From Thainema sp. (GTDB taxonomy: Bacteria > Cyanobacteriota > Cyanobacteriia > Phormidesmidales > Phormidesmidaceae), in NCBI GenBank assembly GCA_052168235.1, contig JBQLZK010000042.1:1-64000 (forward strand): a DNA stretch of 64,000 bases, given 5' to 3'. Made by a program: the position numbers and the translations under genes. Each line of letters begins with the position of its first letter. The first letter of the stretch is position 1. This document shows positions 9,991 through 19,606 of this stretch, piece by piece. Below the pieces are notes generated by a model. That model ran no database searches. It was given only the letters and a program-made list of their open reading frames with translations, and was not told where the DNA came from.

Positions 9991-10102
9991 GTAGGGTGTG
10001 TTAGCGAAGCGTAACGCACCAATAACGGTTAGTAAAAGATGGTGCGTTTCAAATGATAACGGTGTTATAACTGACGTGGCTTGAACAAGGAATGCACCCT
10101 AC
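9991..10102. repeat. REP/REPIN-like element (GTAG...CTAC)
   Basis: GTAGGGTGTGTTAGCGAAGCGTAACGCACC ... GGTGCGTT ... GCACCCTAC. Confidence 0.7.
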
Positions 10103-10241
10103 AAGATTAGATGAGCGCAATTTATGTAACCTGTTTTTGGTTAGTTGCGTAAGATGTGCCGGGCAAAATCAAACGCAACAATAATCAATTTACGTTTCCA
10201 TGAAAATCAAGATATGAATCCTACAAGTTTTGTATTTTCAT

Positions 10242-11369
10242 TCACAAGAAATGAACAAATGCAGAATCTTTATATGTAGAAGAACCGGATAAATTTAGTC
10301 CTAATAAAGATACTATATAATCTGCTAAAACGTCTTTATGATTGAAGCTTGTACTGTTTCTATCTCTGTTTAAAATACGTGCTACGCTGCCAATAAACAA
10401 GTCTGATAATTGAATATAAAAGTTTTCTTCTGACTCAACAGCTATCAACTGCTTAAGGGTAGCTTCATTCTCAAAATGATTGTTAAAGGCAAGCTGTAGA
10501 TCTTGCTCCAGTCTCGCCATCTCTAACTTATCTGTTCCATCTTCTTGATCCTTATAGATATTGACATGCCTAGGTAAGGTTAAACGTTTAGTTTGTACTT
10601 CATGTTTTATTCCTATATGAACAAGATGATAGTGTAGTTCTCGAATGATTTCATTGATGCTTTTACGTGTTCCAGCTTGTTCAAGAGCTACAGCTTTAAA
10701 ACTAAAAGTGTCAAAGTGACTAAGAGCTACAGTGAAAAATTCCTTATATTCTTCCAGCCTATTTTTGCTCAGTTTAGAAAAATGAAACTCATATGAAAGA
10801 CCCTTTTTCTTTTTCCATTGAGTCAAATTAACCAAGAGTTTATAAGATTGAACATCGCCCGGACTACACAACCCACCTACAACTACATATTGTCCATTCT
10901 TGCTACTTTCATCTATATAAAAGCTTATTTCTGGAATATCAGGTGGCTTGTCAGCTACTTGCTTATTCCTTTCATCCTCTTCTCTATTTCTTCTGTGTTT
11001 TCTAACCTCTGTGTCTGCCAGAAAGAGCTTATATTCGTTCTGAATCTTTGCACGTGCTCTTGTTAGGGATGTAAGCTTTGTAAGTTTTTGCATTCTCTTT
11101 TCATCAATTAACCCAGATCCAGCATGTTCAGGCTCAAAAACCTTCCAGAATCGCCATGCCAATGCGTTATCTGAGTTTCGTGCATCAGGGTAATGGTTTA
11201 AGATGAAAGCTACTTTTTCTCGTAGACCATTTAAATTTGATTCTGCTAATTTATTGAGTAATATTTCTCGTTCTCGCTCAATCTTATGTTCTTTAGCTAG
11301 CTGTACCGAATTTTCTACGGGAATGTCTAGCTGAACAGAATCAAGAGCCTTTGATTCTCCTTTAGTCAT
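10242..11369 (-). CDS. DUF3800 domain protein with an extra N-terminal helical domain
   Basis: FYIDESS, EFHF and IQLSDLFIG motifs typical of DUF3800; visibly AT-rich; no HIP1 sites seen. Confidence 0.75.
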   Translation of the reverse strand: MTKGESKALDSVQLDIPVENSVQLAKEHKIEREREILLNKLAESNLNGLREKVAFILNHYPDARNSDNALAWRFWKVFEPEHAGSGLIDEKRMQKLTKLTSLTRARAKIQNEYKLFLADTEVRKHRRNREEDERNKQVADKPPDIPEISFYIDESSKNGQYVVVGGLCSPGDVQSYKLLVNLTQWKKKKGLSYEFHFSKLSKNRLEEYKEFFTVALSHFDTFSFKAVALEQAGTRKSINEIIRELHYHLVHIGIKHEVQTKRLTLPRHVNIYKDQEDGTDKLEMARLEQDLQLAFNNHFENEATLKQLIAVESEENFYIQLSDLFIGSVARILNRDRNSTSFNHKDVLADYIVSLLGLNLSGSSTYKDSAFVHFL

Positions 11370-11534
11370 GGTTCCCAGATTCTAATACTTGAATTGAAAT
11401 ACATTCTAGCCAAAGATTTGAAGTAGTTGCCATATCTGTAGGTTTGGTTAGATGGCAAAATTCCGTTGTTCAGTTGACGATGGTTTTGGACTAAAATTGC
11501 AGCAAAATTGCAATCGCAACTCTCGCAAATCTTG

Positions 11535-11560
11535 TAGGTTGGGTTGAAGAATGAAACCCA
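11535..11560. repeat. REP-like hairpin
   Basis: GTAGGTTGGGTTgaagaatgaAACCCAAC; a degenerate copy starts near 11438. Confidence 0.55.
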
Positions 11561-11598
11561 ACAATTCCTTTCACTCTATTTCTATCGGCGAACGGTTA

Positions 11599-11627
11599 TT
11601 GACTCCACAGGCCAGATACCGTACTGT
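11599..11627 (+). promoter_or_regulatory. Sigma70-type promoter
   Basis: TTGACT-17 nt-TACTGT, directly upstream of the structured leader. Confidence 0.65.
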
Positions 11628-11633
11628 GAAACG

Positions 11634-11830
11634 TTAAGTTGCTGTAGTAGAGCACAACTCGTGCAGCAGCCACCAAAAATCTAGCCAAACGCGACCCAGA
11701 GTTGCTGCAACAACATCTGAGCCGCTAACCCCCGGTTGATGATGGCAACGCGGAGGCTTGAGGGATTATAACCTTCTCTAAAGCCACCTTGCATTGCGCT
11801 GCACGAATGCGGGGTGGCTAGGTTTTTGGC
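11634..11830 (+). ncRNA. Putative structured leader or small RNA with alternative pairings
   Basis: Hairpins at 11691-11725 and 11782-11819; long-range complementarity between 11659-11667 and 11798-11806, and between 11673-11687 and 11815-11829. Confidence 0.5.
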
Positions 11831-11864
11831 TTTCCTCAGAAAGTCAAACCCACAGGAGAACACA

Positions 11865-12149
11865 ATGTCATATCTCATTCACGGTGCTGCCTCCGATGCA
11901 GCACCACAGTCCGGTGCGCCCACTTTCGGCCAAAACCTGCGCGACAATCGCCATCCCCTGCGGCTGATCCTGCTCGGCTCCCGCCCCGACATCATCATCA
12001 CCATCAAAAACCTGCATCGACGCGGCTTTGCCGAAGCCAACGAATGGAGCCATCCCATCCCCTGCCCCAGCGCCGGAGATGTCGCCCGCATCCTCGCCCA
12101 GCGCCATCCCGATGATCACATCAGCATTCTGACCCGCTACTTAAACTGA
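11865..12149 (+). CDS. Small cyanobacterial hypothetical protein (LxGS...I..LH..GFAE..EWS...SILTRY type)
   Basis: AGGAG RBS at 11854-11858, ATG at 11865, 94 aa. The motif resembles a multicopy cyanobacterial family of unknown function. Confidence 0.7.
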   Translation: MSYLIHGAASDAAPQSGAPTFGQNLRDNRHPLRLILLGSRPDIIITIKNLHRRGFAEANEWSHPIPCPSAGDVARILAQRHPDDHISILTRYLN

Positions 12150-12178
12150 TTGCCCACCACTCCCTCTCCCGCTCTGGG

Positions 12179-12341
12179 CTACCGTGTACACACATCTTGA
12201 TCACTGTCTTTCAACCCCGTAATAATCCCCCCTTGCCTCCCTTAAAAAGGGGGAACTTTGAGTCAATTTCCCCCTTTTTAAGGGAGGCAAGGGGGATCTC
12301 AACGTTGAAACGGAGTCTAGAGACTTGTGTGTACACAGTAG
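12179..12341. mobile_element. 163-bp MITE with terminal inverted repeats and an 11-bp target-site duplication
   Basis: TIRs CTACCGTGTACACACA and TGTGTGTACACAGTAG; CCCGCTCTGGG lies directly on both sides (12168-12178 and 12342-12352); long internal palindrome. Confidence 0.85.
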
Positions 12342-12388
12342 CCCGCTCTGGGAGAAGGAGCTGGGGGATGAGAGGCAAGTGAAGCGAA

Positions 12389-12667
12389 TTAACGTTGCGA
12401 TCGCACAATGGCCTGTTCCAAAGCCACCTGATCGAGTTCAGTAATTACAAATACTTCCTGCGTCGTTTTGCCCTTGCGAGCGATCAGCTTAAATCCACCC
12501 GGAATCGGCACCGACACCCGAATGCGCAACTGAGGCGCATTCGATCGCGTCCGACTCAGCACCGCAGGCGTGATTGTCCGAATCCCATCTTCATCGACCA
12601 GTCGCTCCAAAACGGGAATCAGTCCAGGCAGATGAGTTGAATGATTCCAAACGAGCCGTCCTGTCAT
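12389..12667 (-). CDS. DUF2103 domain protein
   Basis: GRLVWNHSTHLPGLIPVL...GGFKLIARKGKTTQEVFV. Confidence 0.85.
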   Translation of the reverse strand: MTGRLVWNHSTHLPGLIPVLERLVDEDGIRTITPAVLSRTRSNAPQLRIRVSVPIPGGFKLIARKGKTTQEVFVITELDQVALEQAIVRSQR

Positions 12668-12675
12668 AAATCCCC

Positions 12676-13005
12676 CTACGCCTTTTCGAGTGGAGCCATC
12701 GTCAAACCCGCCCGACTAAGCTGCTGATGATACAGCTCAGCCTGCTCCAGTGGCCCCACCCAAACCGTTGCCTGTCCTTCATTGTGGACTTGATGCGTCA
12801 AATCCCAAGCTCGGTCGCTGGTCATATTGGGGATATATTTCACCAGGCATTCCGCCACATGCTGAAACGTGTTGAAGTCATCATTCAGCACGATCACCTT
12901 GTAGTTTGGATAGGGCTTCTTGACAGTTTGACTTGTCTTTTCAGGAGTCACCACTGGCGCACCCGACGCCGCATGAGGTGCGATCGCAGTTTCTATCGTC
13001 ATCAT
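12676..13005 (-). CDS. clpS: Clp protease adaptor ClpS
   Basis: YKVIVLNDDFNTFQHV...VHNEGQATVW...AELY. Confidence 0.92.
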   Translation of the reverse strand: MMTIETAIAPHAASGAPVVTPEKTSQTVKKPYPNYKVIVLNDDFNTFQHVAECLVKYIPNMTSDRAWDLTHQVHNEGQATVWVGPLEQAELYHQQLSRAGLTMAPLEKA

Positions 13006-13267
13006 GAAAGCCACGTCAAAATCAACAAAACTACATTAAAAAAATCTAAACCATATTACTTTAGTGTACTGACTTCCCCTCCGCTCTATCAACGACTACT
13101 AGTTTGCCAATTTAGTTTGGCCACTTTATTTGGCTGATGATTAGCCCTCCAAGTCGCGCATTGCAAGAGATTACAGGCTTCAAACCCGCTCAAATAAAAA
13201 AGGCATCCCGCCCCCGCAGAATGCCCAATACTTAGATGTTCTCTAGATCGTCTCAATCGGTACTCTT

Positions 13268-13475
13268 ATACGCAATCCGGTTAAAACCTGATGATTTATT
13301 TTTTGTGAAAAGCTGGCTAAGCAAGCCTTTCACAAAAACAAATTGGGTTCTGATACACTCATATCTTCCACTTTGCACTTTGAGAACCCGAAGAGATTGT
13401 TTTGCCGCCGCGATGCGGCGGCAAAACAACCCTTCTGGGTTTTGGTGCAAGATGTAAGATACACGGACTTGATAT
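13268..13475 (+). repeat. Family A repeat (copy 2) with a nested family B palindrome (13359-13457)
   Basis: Outer element ATCCGGTTAAAACC...GGACTTGATAT. The inner element ends GGTGCAAGATGTAA and is flanked by GATACAC on both sides. Confidence 0.75.
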
Positions 13476-13521
13476 TACAAAGCACTCTCAAGTTCCCACG
13501 CGGAGCGAGCCAGCCACGCCA

Positions 13522-13863
13522 CTAGCTGATAGCCGCAGAGGTTGCAATTAGACCCACAACCAACAGAGCAGCAGCGGCAGCTTGCAGCGCGTATTGACGT
13601 GCTTGCTCAGGCGAAGGGAAGACCGCAGCGTACATCTCTGGCTCCACCGCATAGTTGTTGGTCAAACCTTCTTGGTCAACCGTTACGCCATTTGTATTGG
13701 GGCGACGGAAGTTAGCGCCTTCCCGCTGCATCCGAGACTGAGCTTCAGCCGGAACTAACTCGCGACGAATATTCAGGTTCTGACCGCGATTAGCACCAAG
13801 ATCACGAGCGATCGATGCAAAATCAACAGCGGTATTAACGGTGGCGTCGGATGCGTAAGTCAT
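13522..13863 (-). CDS. psb34: Ssl1498/Psb34-family (HliP-like) protein with an N-terminal extension
   Basis: DQEGLTNNYAVEPEMY...PSPEQARQY followed by a single C-terminal TM helix. Confidence 0.7.
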   Translation of the reverse strand: MTYASDATVNTAVDFASIARDLGANRGQNLNIRRELVPAEAQSRMQREGANFRRPNTNGVTVDQEGLTNNYAVEPEMYAAVFPSPEQARQYALQAAAAALLVVGLIATSAAIS

Positions 13864-13873
13864 AAAAACCTCG

Positions 13874-13912
13874 TTTGTTAACTTGTGTAACAATAATGTA
13901 ACACTTTGTTAA
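13874..13912 (-). promoter_or_regulatory. HLR1-like (RpaB) direct repeats
   Basis: Minus strand reads TTAACAAA-gt-GTTACATT-att-GTTACACA-ag-TTAACAAA just upstream of the psb34-like gene. Confidence 0.55.
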
Positions 13913-14150
13913 CTGAAGTTGCAAGACTGATTGATTTGAGCTATCAATCAAAGCCCGAACTTGAACTTATCAAAGCTAATCAGTGCGAGTGCGATCGCAG
14001 TTCTTGAGCAGTACTGGTAGCCTAAACCTTGCTGAACTGGTAAAACTGCTCAATGACTGACGCTATAAAATTCTGAGAAAGTTTACAGCAACTCATTTTT
14101 TGATAGACACTAGAAGTCAGGATTCATTTACATTCTGATTTGGAGCGTTC

Positions 14151-15692
14151 ATGGCAGTTGCATCTCAGCAGTCTCAATCAACCGCAAATTCCTCGGCGCA
14201 AACCTTTGATGTAATTGTGATTGGTTCAGGCATTGGCGGCTTAGTCACCGCTACCCAGCTTGCGGCCAAAGGTGCCAAGGTGCTGGTTTTGGAACGCTAC
14301 CTGATTCCAGGTGGCAGCGCAGGCTACTTTGAGCGCAACGGCTACCGATTCGATGTGGGCGCTTCCATGATTTTCGGCTTTGGTAAACGGGGCACGACGA
14401 ATCTGCTCACCCGTGCTCTAGAAGCGGTGAATGTCAGCATCGAGACGATTCCTGACCCGGTGCAGATTCACTATCATCTGCCGAATAATTTAGACCTGAA
14501 AGTCCATCGTGACTACGGTGCGTTTTTGAAAGAATTGTGCGATCGCTTTCCCCACGAGGCGAAGGGTATTCATCAGTTTTATGACGAATGCTGGAAAGTG
14601 TTCAACTGCCTGAACGCAATGGAACTACTGTCTCTGGAAGAACCACGCTACTTGACCCGCGTCTTCTTTCAGCATCCGATGGCCTGTTTGGGATTGGTGA
14701 AATATCTGCCGCAAAACGTCGGTGACATCGCTCGTCGCTACATCAGCGATCCTGATCTGCTCAAGTTCATTGATATGGAATGCTACTGCTGGTCAGTTGT
14801 CCCGGCAGATCTGACGCCAATGATCAATGCGGGTATGGTGTTCTCCGATCGTCACTATGGCGGCATCAACTATCCGAAGGGCGGCGTCGGTCAAATTGCG
14901 CAGAAACTGGTGGAGGGACTGGAAAAAGCAGGCAGCCAGATTCAATACCGCGCCCGCGTCACCGACATTGTGATGGAGGGCAACAAAGCCGTTGGCGTCA
15001 AGCTAGCCTCCGGTGAAACCTATCGGGCCAAGCGCATCGTCTCCAACGCCACCCGCTGGGATACGTTCGAGCAGTTGATGCCAACGGAACAAATTCCCTC
15101 TGCCGAACAAAAATGGCAGAAGCGCTACCAGAAATCGCCCAGTTTCCTCAGCTTGCATCTGGGCGTTCGTGCCGATGTCTTACCAAAAGGAACCGAATGT
15201 CACCACATTCTGCTGGAAGAGTGGCAGCACATGGAAAATCCAGAAGGGACGATCTTCTTATCGATTCCAACACTGCTCGATTCGAGCCTCGCGCCACCGG
15301 ATCATCATATTCTGCATACGTTTACGCCCAGCTGGATGGAAGACTGGCAGGATTTATCCCCCAGTGAGTATGCAGCTAAAAAAGAGGCGGCAGCGACATG
15401 CCTCATCCATCGGTTAGAAGCGATCTTTCCGGGATTAGCCGATGCGCTGGATTATCAAGAAGTCGGCACGCCACGCACCCATCGCCGCTTTTTAGGTCGC
15501 GATAGCGGCACCTATGGCCCCATTCCCAGCCGTAAGCTGATGGGTCTGTTGGGAATGCCGTTTAACCGCACGTCGGTTCCCGGTTTGTATTGTGTGGGCG
15601 ACAGTACGTTCCCTGGGCAAGGACTGAACGCTGTAGCGTTTTCCGGATTCGCCTGCGCCCACCGGATCGCCGTCGATTTGGGATTAACGTAA
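14151..15692 (+). CDS. crtH: Carotenoid (prolycopene) isomerase
   Basis: [48 protein letters not shown]. Confidence 0.95.
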   Translation: MAVASQQSQSTANSSAQTFDVIVIGSGIGGLVTATQLAAKGAKVLVLERYLIPGGSAGYFERNGYRFDVGASMIFGFGKRGTTNLLTRALEAVNVSIETIPDPVQIHYHLPNNLDLKVHRDYGAFLKELCDRFPHEAKGIHQFYDECWKVFNCLNAMELLSLEEPRYLTRVFFQHPMACLGLVKYLPQNVGDIARRYISDPDLLKFIDMECYCWSVVPADLTPMINAGMVFSDRHYGGINYPKGGVGQIAQKLVEGLEKAGSQIQYRARVTDIVMEGNKAVGVKLASGETYRAKRIVSNATRWDTFEQLMPTEQIPSAEQKWQKRYQKSPSFLSLHLGVRADVLPKGTECHHILLEEWQHMENPEGTIFLSIPTLLDSSLAPPDHHILHTFTPSWMEDWQDLSPSEYAAKKEAAATCLIHRLEAIFPGLADALDYQEVGTPRTHRRFLGRDSGTYGPIPSRKLMGLLGMPFNRTSVPGLYCVGDSTFPGQGLNAVAFSGFACAHRIAVDLGLT

Positions 15693-15809
15693 TGGCAATC
15701 AATGCATCTGGCCCGGACATAGTTGTCCCAGAAAAACAGCCCATAGGGACGATGCATTTGGCCAGAATTTGGTTATCGAGAACATCGCCCCTACCTACAG
15801 ATGTCGCAA

Positions 15810-16628
15810 TTAGGCTGATCGATGGGCTAGCCCATCATATTGTGGCAAACGGGGCTTTTGAATAATCCCGTCTTCCAGGTAAACAATGTTATCGGCCATG
15901 TCCATAATGCGGGGATCATGGGTGACAATCAGAACCGTGCAGTCCATTTTTTTGGCTAGGTCGTGCAGGATTTCAGTCACCCGATGACCGCTATGGGAGT
16001 CCAGAGCCGCCGTTGGCTCATCGGCCATGATCAGCTTGGGATGATCGGCTAGGGCACGTGCGATCGCAACTCGCTGTTTCTGACCACCGGACAAATCGCG
16101 GGGTTTATTTTTTGCTTTATCGGCTAGGCCAACCTGATCCAGCAGTTCGAGAGATTCTTGCTTGGCCCGTTTGCCCCGAATGCCCTTGATGTTGTAAGCC
16201 AGTTCAACATTTTCAACCGCCGTCAGAGCCGGAAACAGGTTGAACCCTTGGAAAATAAAGCCAATGTAATCAAGGCGAAATTTAGCTAACTCAGCGCGAG
16301 ACATCGCTGTAATGTCCTGTCCCAACAGGCGGACTTGGCCGCTAGTGGGCGTTAAGATTCCGGCCAAAATCGACAGTAGCGTTGTTTTTCCAGAGCCAGA
16401 AGGCCCCATCAGCAACTGCACCTGGCCAGCCGGAATATCAAGGTCAATGCCTTTGAGCGCTTTGAAGAGCTGCGCTCCGTTTTGAAACACCATTTCAATT
16501 TCACGAGCTGCGATCGCAACTCGTGCATTTTGCACGTAGCTGGCACTGTGATCAACTGATGGTTGATAGGTCGGAGTATTCGTAAAGTTTAATCGAGAAA
16601 CAGTCACGTAGTTTCGCCTCTGAGACAA
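15810..16628 (-). CDS. ABC transporter ATP-binding protein (DevA/LolD-like)
   Basis: GPSGSGKT, LSGGQKQRVAIARAL, DEPTAALD; start position uncertain. Confidence 0.9.
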   Translation of the reverse strand: MSQRRNYVTVSRLNFTNTPTYQPSVDHSASYVQNARVAIAAREIEMVFQNGAQLFKALKGIDLDIPAGQVQLLMGPSGSGKTTLLSILAGILTPTSGQVRLLGQDITAMSRAELAKFRLDYIGFIFQGFNLFPALTAVENVELAYNIKGIRGKRAKQESLELLDQVGLADKAKNKPRDLSGGQKQRVAIARALADHPKLIMADEPTAALDSHSGHRVTEILHDLAKKMDCTVLIVTHDPRIMDMADNIVYLEDGIIQKPRLPQYDGLAHRSA

Positions 16629-16965
16629 TCCAACAAAATAGGCTAATCAAACGAGTTACGGCTTTGCGTTCAGTATTCTGCTTCTAACTTCAGCCTAGCT
16701 CGGGTTTACTCCAGATACTAAAACGGCCAAATAAACATTAACTAGATTCCAGATAAGAACTTGCTGAGTGATTATCTGGCCAACGAAGCAAGCCAAACCG
16801 AGCCAGTTCGCCCCTTACATCTTCTAGTATGCCAACATTGCAAAATGTAAACGTCATCACCAACTTCATTTACACTCCTCTCTGTGGTTAGGATACCCAA
16901 GGCGGACAACAGTCAAAGACCTTTAAGGAGTCTTTATATTTCAGCCCTATCTTCAACCGCGCAAT

Positions 16966-18210
16966 TCATGCTTTGAACACAATGCCTGGATCAACACGCG
17001 TCACTTTTTGAATGGCAAACACAGCCGACATTGTACACATCCCAATCGTGACGCCGAAAACCCCAAATCCCGTCAGCGGTGTGATTAAAATGACAATTCC
17101 TTGAGTTGCAGCCGTCCAGGTTCCCAATCCCAGGCATAAAGCCATACCCGGCAAATAGCCTAATACCGCCATCCACAGCGCTTGCTCCAAAATCACGCTG
17201 TAGATAGTCCAATTTGACGCGCCCATCGCTTTTAGGGTTCCAAACTCTTTGATATGGTCAGAGACCGAGGAATACAGAATTTGGCCGACAATCACCATAC
17301 CAACCACAACCCCTACGGTTGCCCCTAAACCAAGGATGAAACCAATTCCCGTTTGGGTTTGCCAGTAGGATTGAGTTTTTTCAATCATCTCAACCGTTGT
17401 ATAGCCGCGAGTACCTGGCAGTTCTGCCTCAATCCGCTTAATAACCGCTTTGGGATCGGTACCAGGCGTAGCCTTCACCATTAGATAGGTTATGGGATCA
17501 GTCGCGTGAAGCGGCTCGACCTCTGGAATGGTTTGATCGGCTGGATTATTACGCTCATAGGCATTAATACACCGCAATCCACCATTGGGCTGAAGTTGGC
17601 AATCTAGCTGAGTTGTAAAACCCGCCGTGACATAAACATTGGCAGTTTCCAGTGACGTAAATAGGAATTTGCTGGAAACGATAGACTGCGTGTCTTCAGT
17701 AATGCCAACGACTTCTGCTGGCAGGGCACGATTTTCTCCCGTGTCCCCAACTTGGTCAACGCCAAACGATTTGAGATTCGTCTCATCCACAATAACCGTA
17801 TAGGGACGAGCTAAATCTGTAACTTGGCCCTGTAGCAGTTCACCAGGCGTGAATAAGCTCCCCTGCGGATCAAAGCCAAAAATACGCAAGGGCGTTGGCT
17901 TACTATCATCAGCTTGCCAACGCCCTGAGCCAATAATCAGCGGTTCAACTCGCTGAATCCCTTCTAGACCGATGGACTGGTTGTAATAGGCATAGGGAAT
18001 CGGCTCAGTCAGCTCGAAATTGACCATTTCTTCAGAACCGACCCACACATCTGCCTGCGACTGTTCCAGCAGCAGGGTAGTTGAATGGGCAAAGCCTCTT
18101 AGGATACCCGTCTGAATCGTGACCAAACTGACAGCAAACATGATGCCAGCCTGAGCCACCAACAGGCGGGGAATGTCCTCAAACAGGTTTTTACGCGCGA
18201 TCGAAGCCAT
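16966..18210 (-). CDS. ABC transporter permease (DevC/FtsX-like)
   Basis: MASIARKNLFED, QILYSSVSDHIKEFGTLKAMGAS, VDPGIVFK. Confidence 0.9.
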   Translation of the reverse strand: MASIARKNLFEDIPRLLVAQAGIMFAVSLVTIQTGILRGFAHSTTLLLEQSQADVWVGSEEMVNFELTEPIPYAYYNQSIGLEGIQRVEPLIIGSGRWQADDSKPTPLRIFGFDPQGSLFTPGELLQGQVTDLARPYTVIVDETNLKSFGVDQVGDTGENRALPAEVVGITEDTQSIVSSKFLFTSLETANVYVTAGFTTQLDCQLQPNGGLRCINAYERNNPADQTIPEVEPLHATDPITYLMVKATPGTDPKAVIKRIEAELPGTRGYTTVEMIEKTQSYWQTQTGIGFILGLGATVGVVVGMVIVGQILYSSVSDHIKEFGTLKAMGASNWTIYSVILEQALWMAVLGYLPGMALCLGLGTWTAATQGIVILITPLTGFGVFGVTIGMCTMSAVFAIQKVTRVDPGIVFKA

Positions 18211-18416
18211 GAATTATTGGGGCACCCTCAGCAGAAAAAGCTTCCCCTTCATCCTACCGATCGCCTTCTCATTCGAAAACCTTACATCGTACCAGTGTTC
18301 AGACTGTCCCTGATGCCTATGCCAAATTCGACTCGGTCATGTCCAAACTATGTTGTGAGAGTTAGGAAAACCTAACTTTTACAGCGTAGAACTGGGTTTA
18401 TCAGCAGACTTCGTAT

Positions 18417-19463
18417 TTAGGGATAGATCAAGATTTTGCAGGTTTCTGGAGTTGGAGCAACAGCCTGATCTACTGCTTTCATCAGATCGGCTAGGGGATA
18501 ACGATCGCTAACTAGAGCATCAACGTCAATCCGCTGATTAAACACGATGTCGGCAGCGAGGTTCTGTAGTCGATAGGACGAGCTGTAGCTGCCCATAAGA
18601 TCAATCTCGCGCCGATAGAGCACATTGGGGTTGATAGGAATTTCAATCTCATCTGGGAATTCCGCAAAGAACAGAATTCTGCCACCTTTACGGGTGCAGT
18701 CGAGCGCTTGGAAGAAGGCTTTATCACTGGGTACGGCTAGCAGAGTAGTGTCAACGCCTAACCCTCTCGTACAGTCGTGAATCTTGCTGACTAAGTCGGG
18801 ATCGCGGGCATCAAATGCCGCCTTGGCTCCAAGCTGTTTGGCTTTTTCAATCCGCGTCGGGAGCAGATCAGTTGCGATCGCAGTTGCGCCAAAATAGTTC
18901 ACAAGCATGACAAACATCAGACCAATGGGACCAGCGCCAGTCACCAATACGGTTTGTCCCGGCTGAATATTGGCCTTCTTCACTGCTTTCAGGCAGCAGT
19001 TTGTCGGCTCGACAAAGCTAGCCTGCTCGAAGGTAATGGTATCGGGAATGGGAATCAGGCCACCATGCTGCACGATATGTCCGGGCACCTTGACGTATTC
19101 GGCAAAGCCACCGCCGCTGGGTGCAAAGCCTGCCGTTGTGGTCACCTGCTTATAGACATTACACATGGAAAAATTGTCGTTCATGCAGTAGTCGCAGTGC
19201 ATGCAGGGAATGTGATGCATCACGACAACGCGCTGACCGACTTGATAATCCTTGACTGCGGAGCCAACTGCGCTAATCACACCCGCCGTTTCGTGACCGA
19301 AAATGCGTGGCGGTTCATAGAGCGGATAGCGGATTTTTTTGATATCCGATTGACACAACCCAACCACGCGCACCTGCACCAACACCTCATCATCTGCCAA
19401 GCTGGGCACGGGCACATCCTCAAAGTTGAGTTGATTCACTCCTCGAAAAACCTGAGCCTTCAT
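18417..19463 (-). CDS. Zinc-dependent (MDR) dehydrogenase
   Basis: GLCQSD, GHE, CxxCxxC..C structural Zn site, GAGPIG. Confidence 0.9.
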   Translation of the reverse strand: MKAQVFRGVNQLNFEDVPVPSLADDEVLVQVRVVGLCQSDIKKIRYPLYEPPRIFGHETAGVISAVGSAVKDYQVGQRVVVMHHIPCMHCDYCMNDNFSMCNVYKQVTTTAGFAPSGGGFAEYVKVPGHIVQHGGLIPIPDTITFEQASFVEPTNCCLKAVKKANIQPGQTVLVTGAGPIGLMFVMLVNYFGATAIATDLLPTRIEKAKQLGAKAAFDARDPDLVSKIHDCTRGLGVDTTLLAVPSDKAFFQALDCTRKGGRILFFAEFPDEIEIPINPNVLYRREIDLMGSYSSSYRLQNLAADIVFNQRIDVDALVSDRYPLADLMKAVDQAVAPTPETCKILIYP

Positions 19464-19606
19464 ATCGCGATTTCCACAAAATTAATGCCTAACAATGCTT
19501 ATATTCGCATCTTGCAAATACAAAACCCAAAAGAAGCGGGTCGCCTCACAACAGCGCGAAGCGACCCGTTTCTGCCATCGGTTTTGTAAAGGACTACAAG
19601 AAAGGG

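Noticed and set aside
12197..12408. Two short ORFs
   Set aside because: They lie within the MITE palindrome.
13236..13525. Three short ORFs
   Set aside because: They lie within nested repeats.
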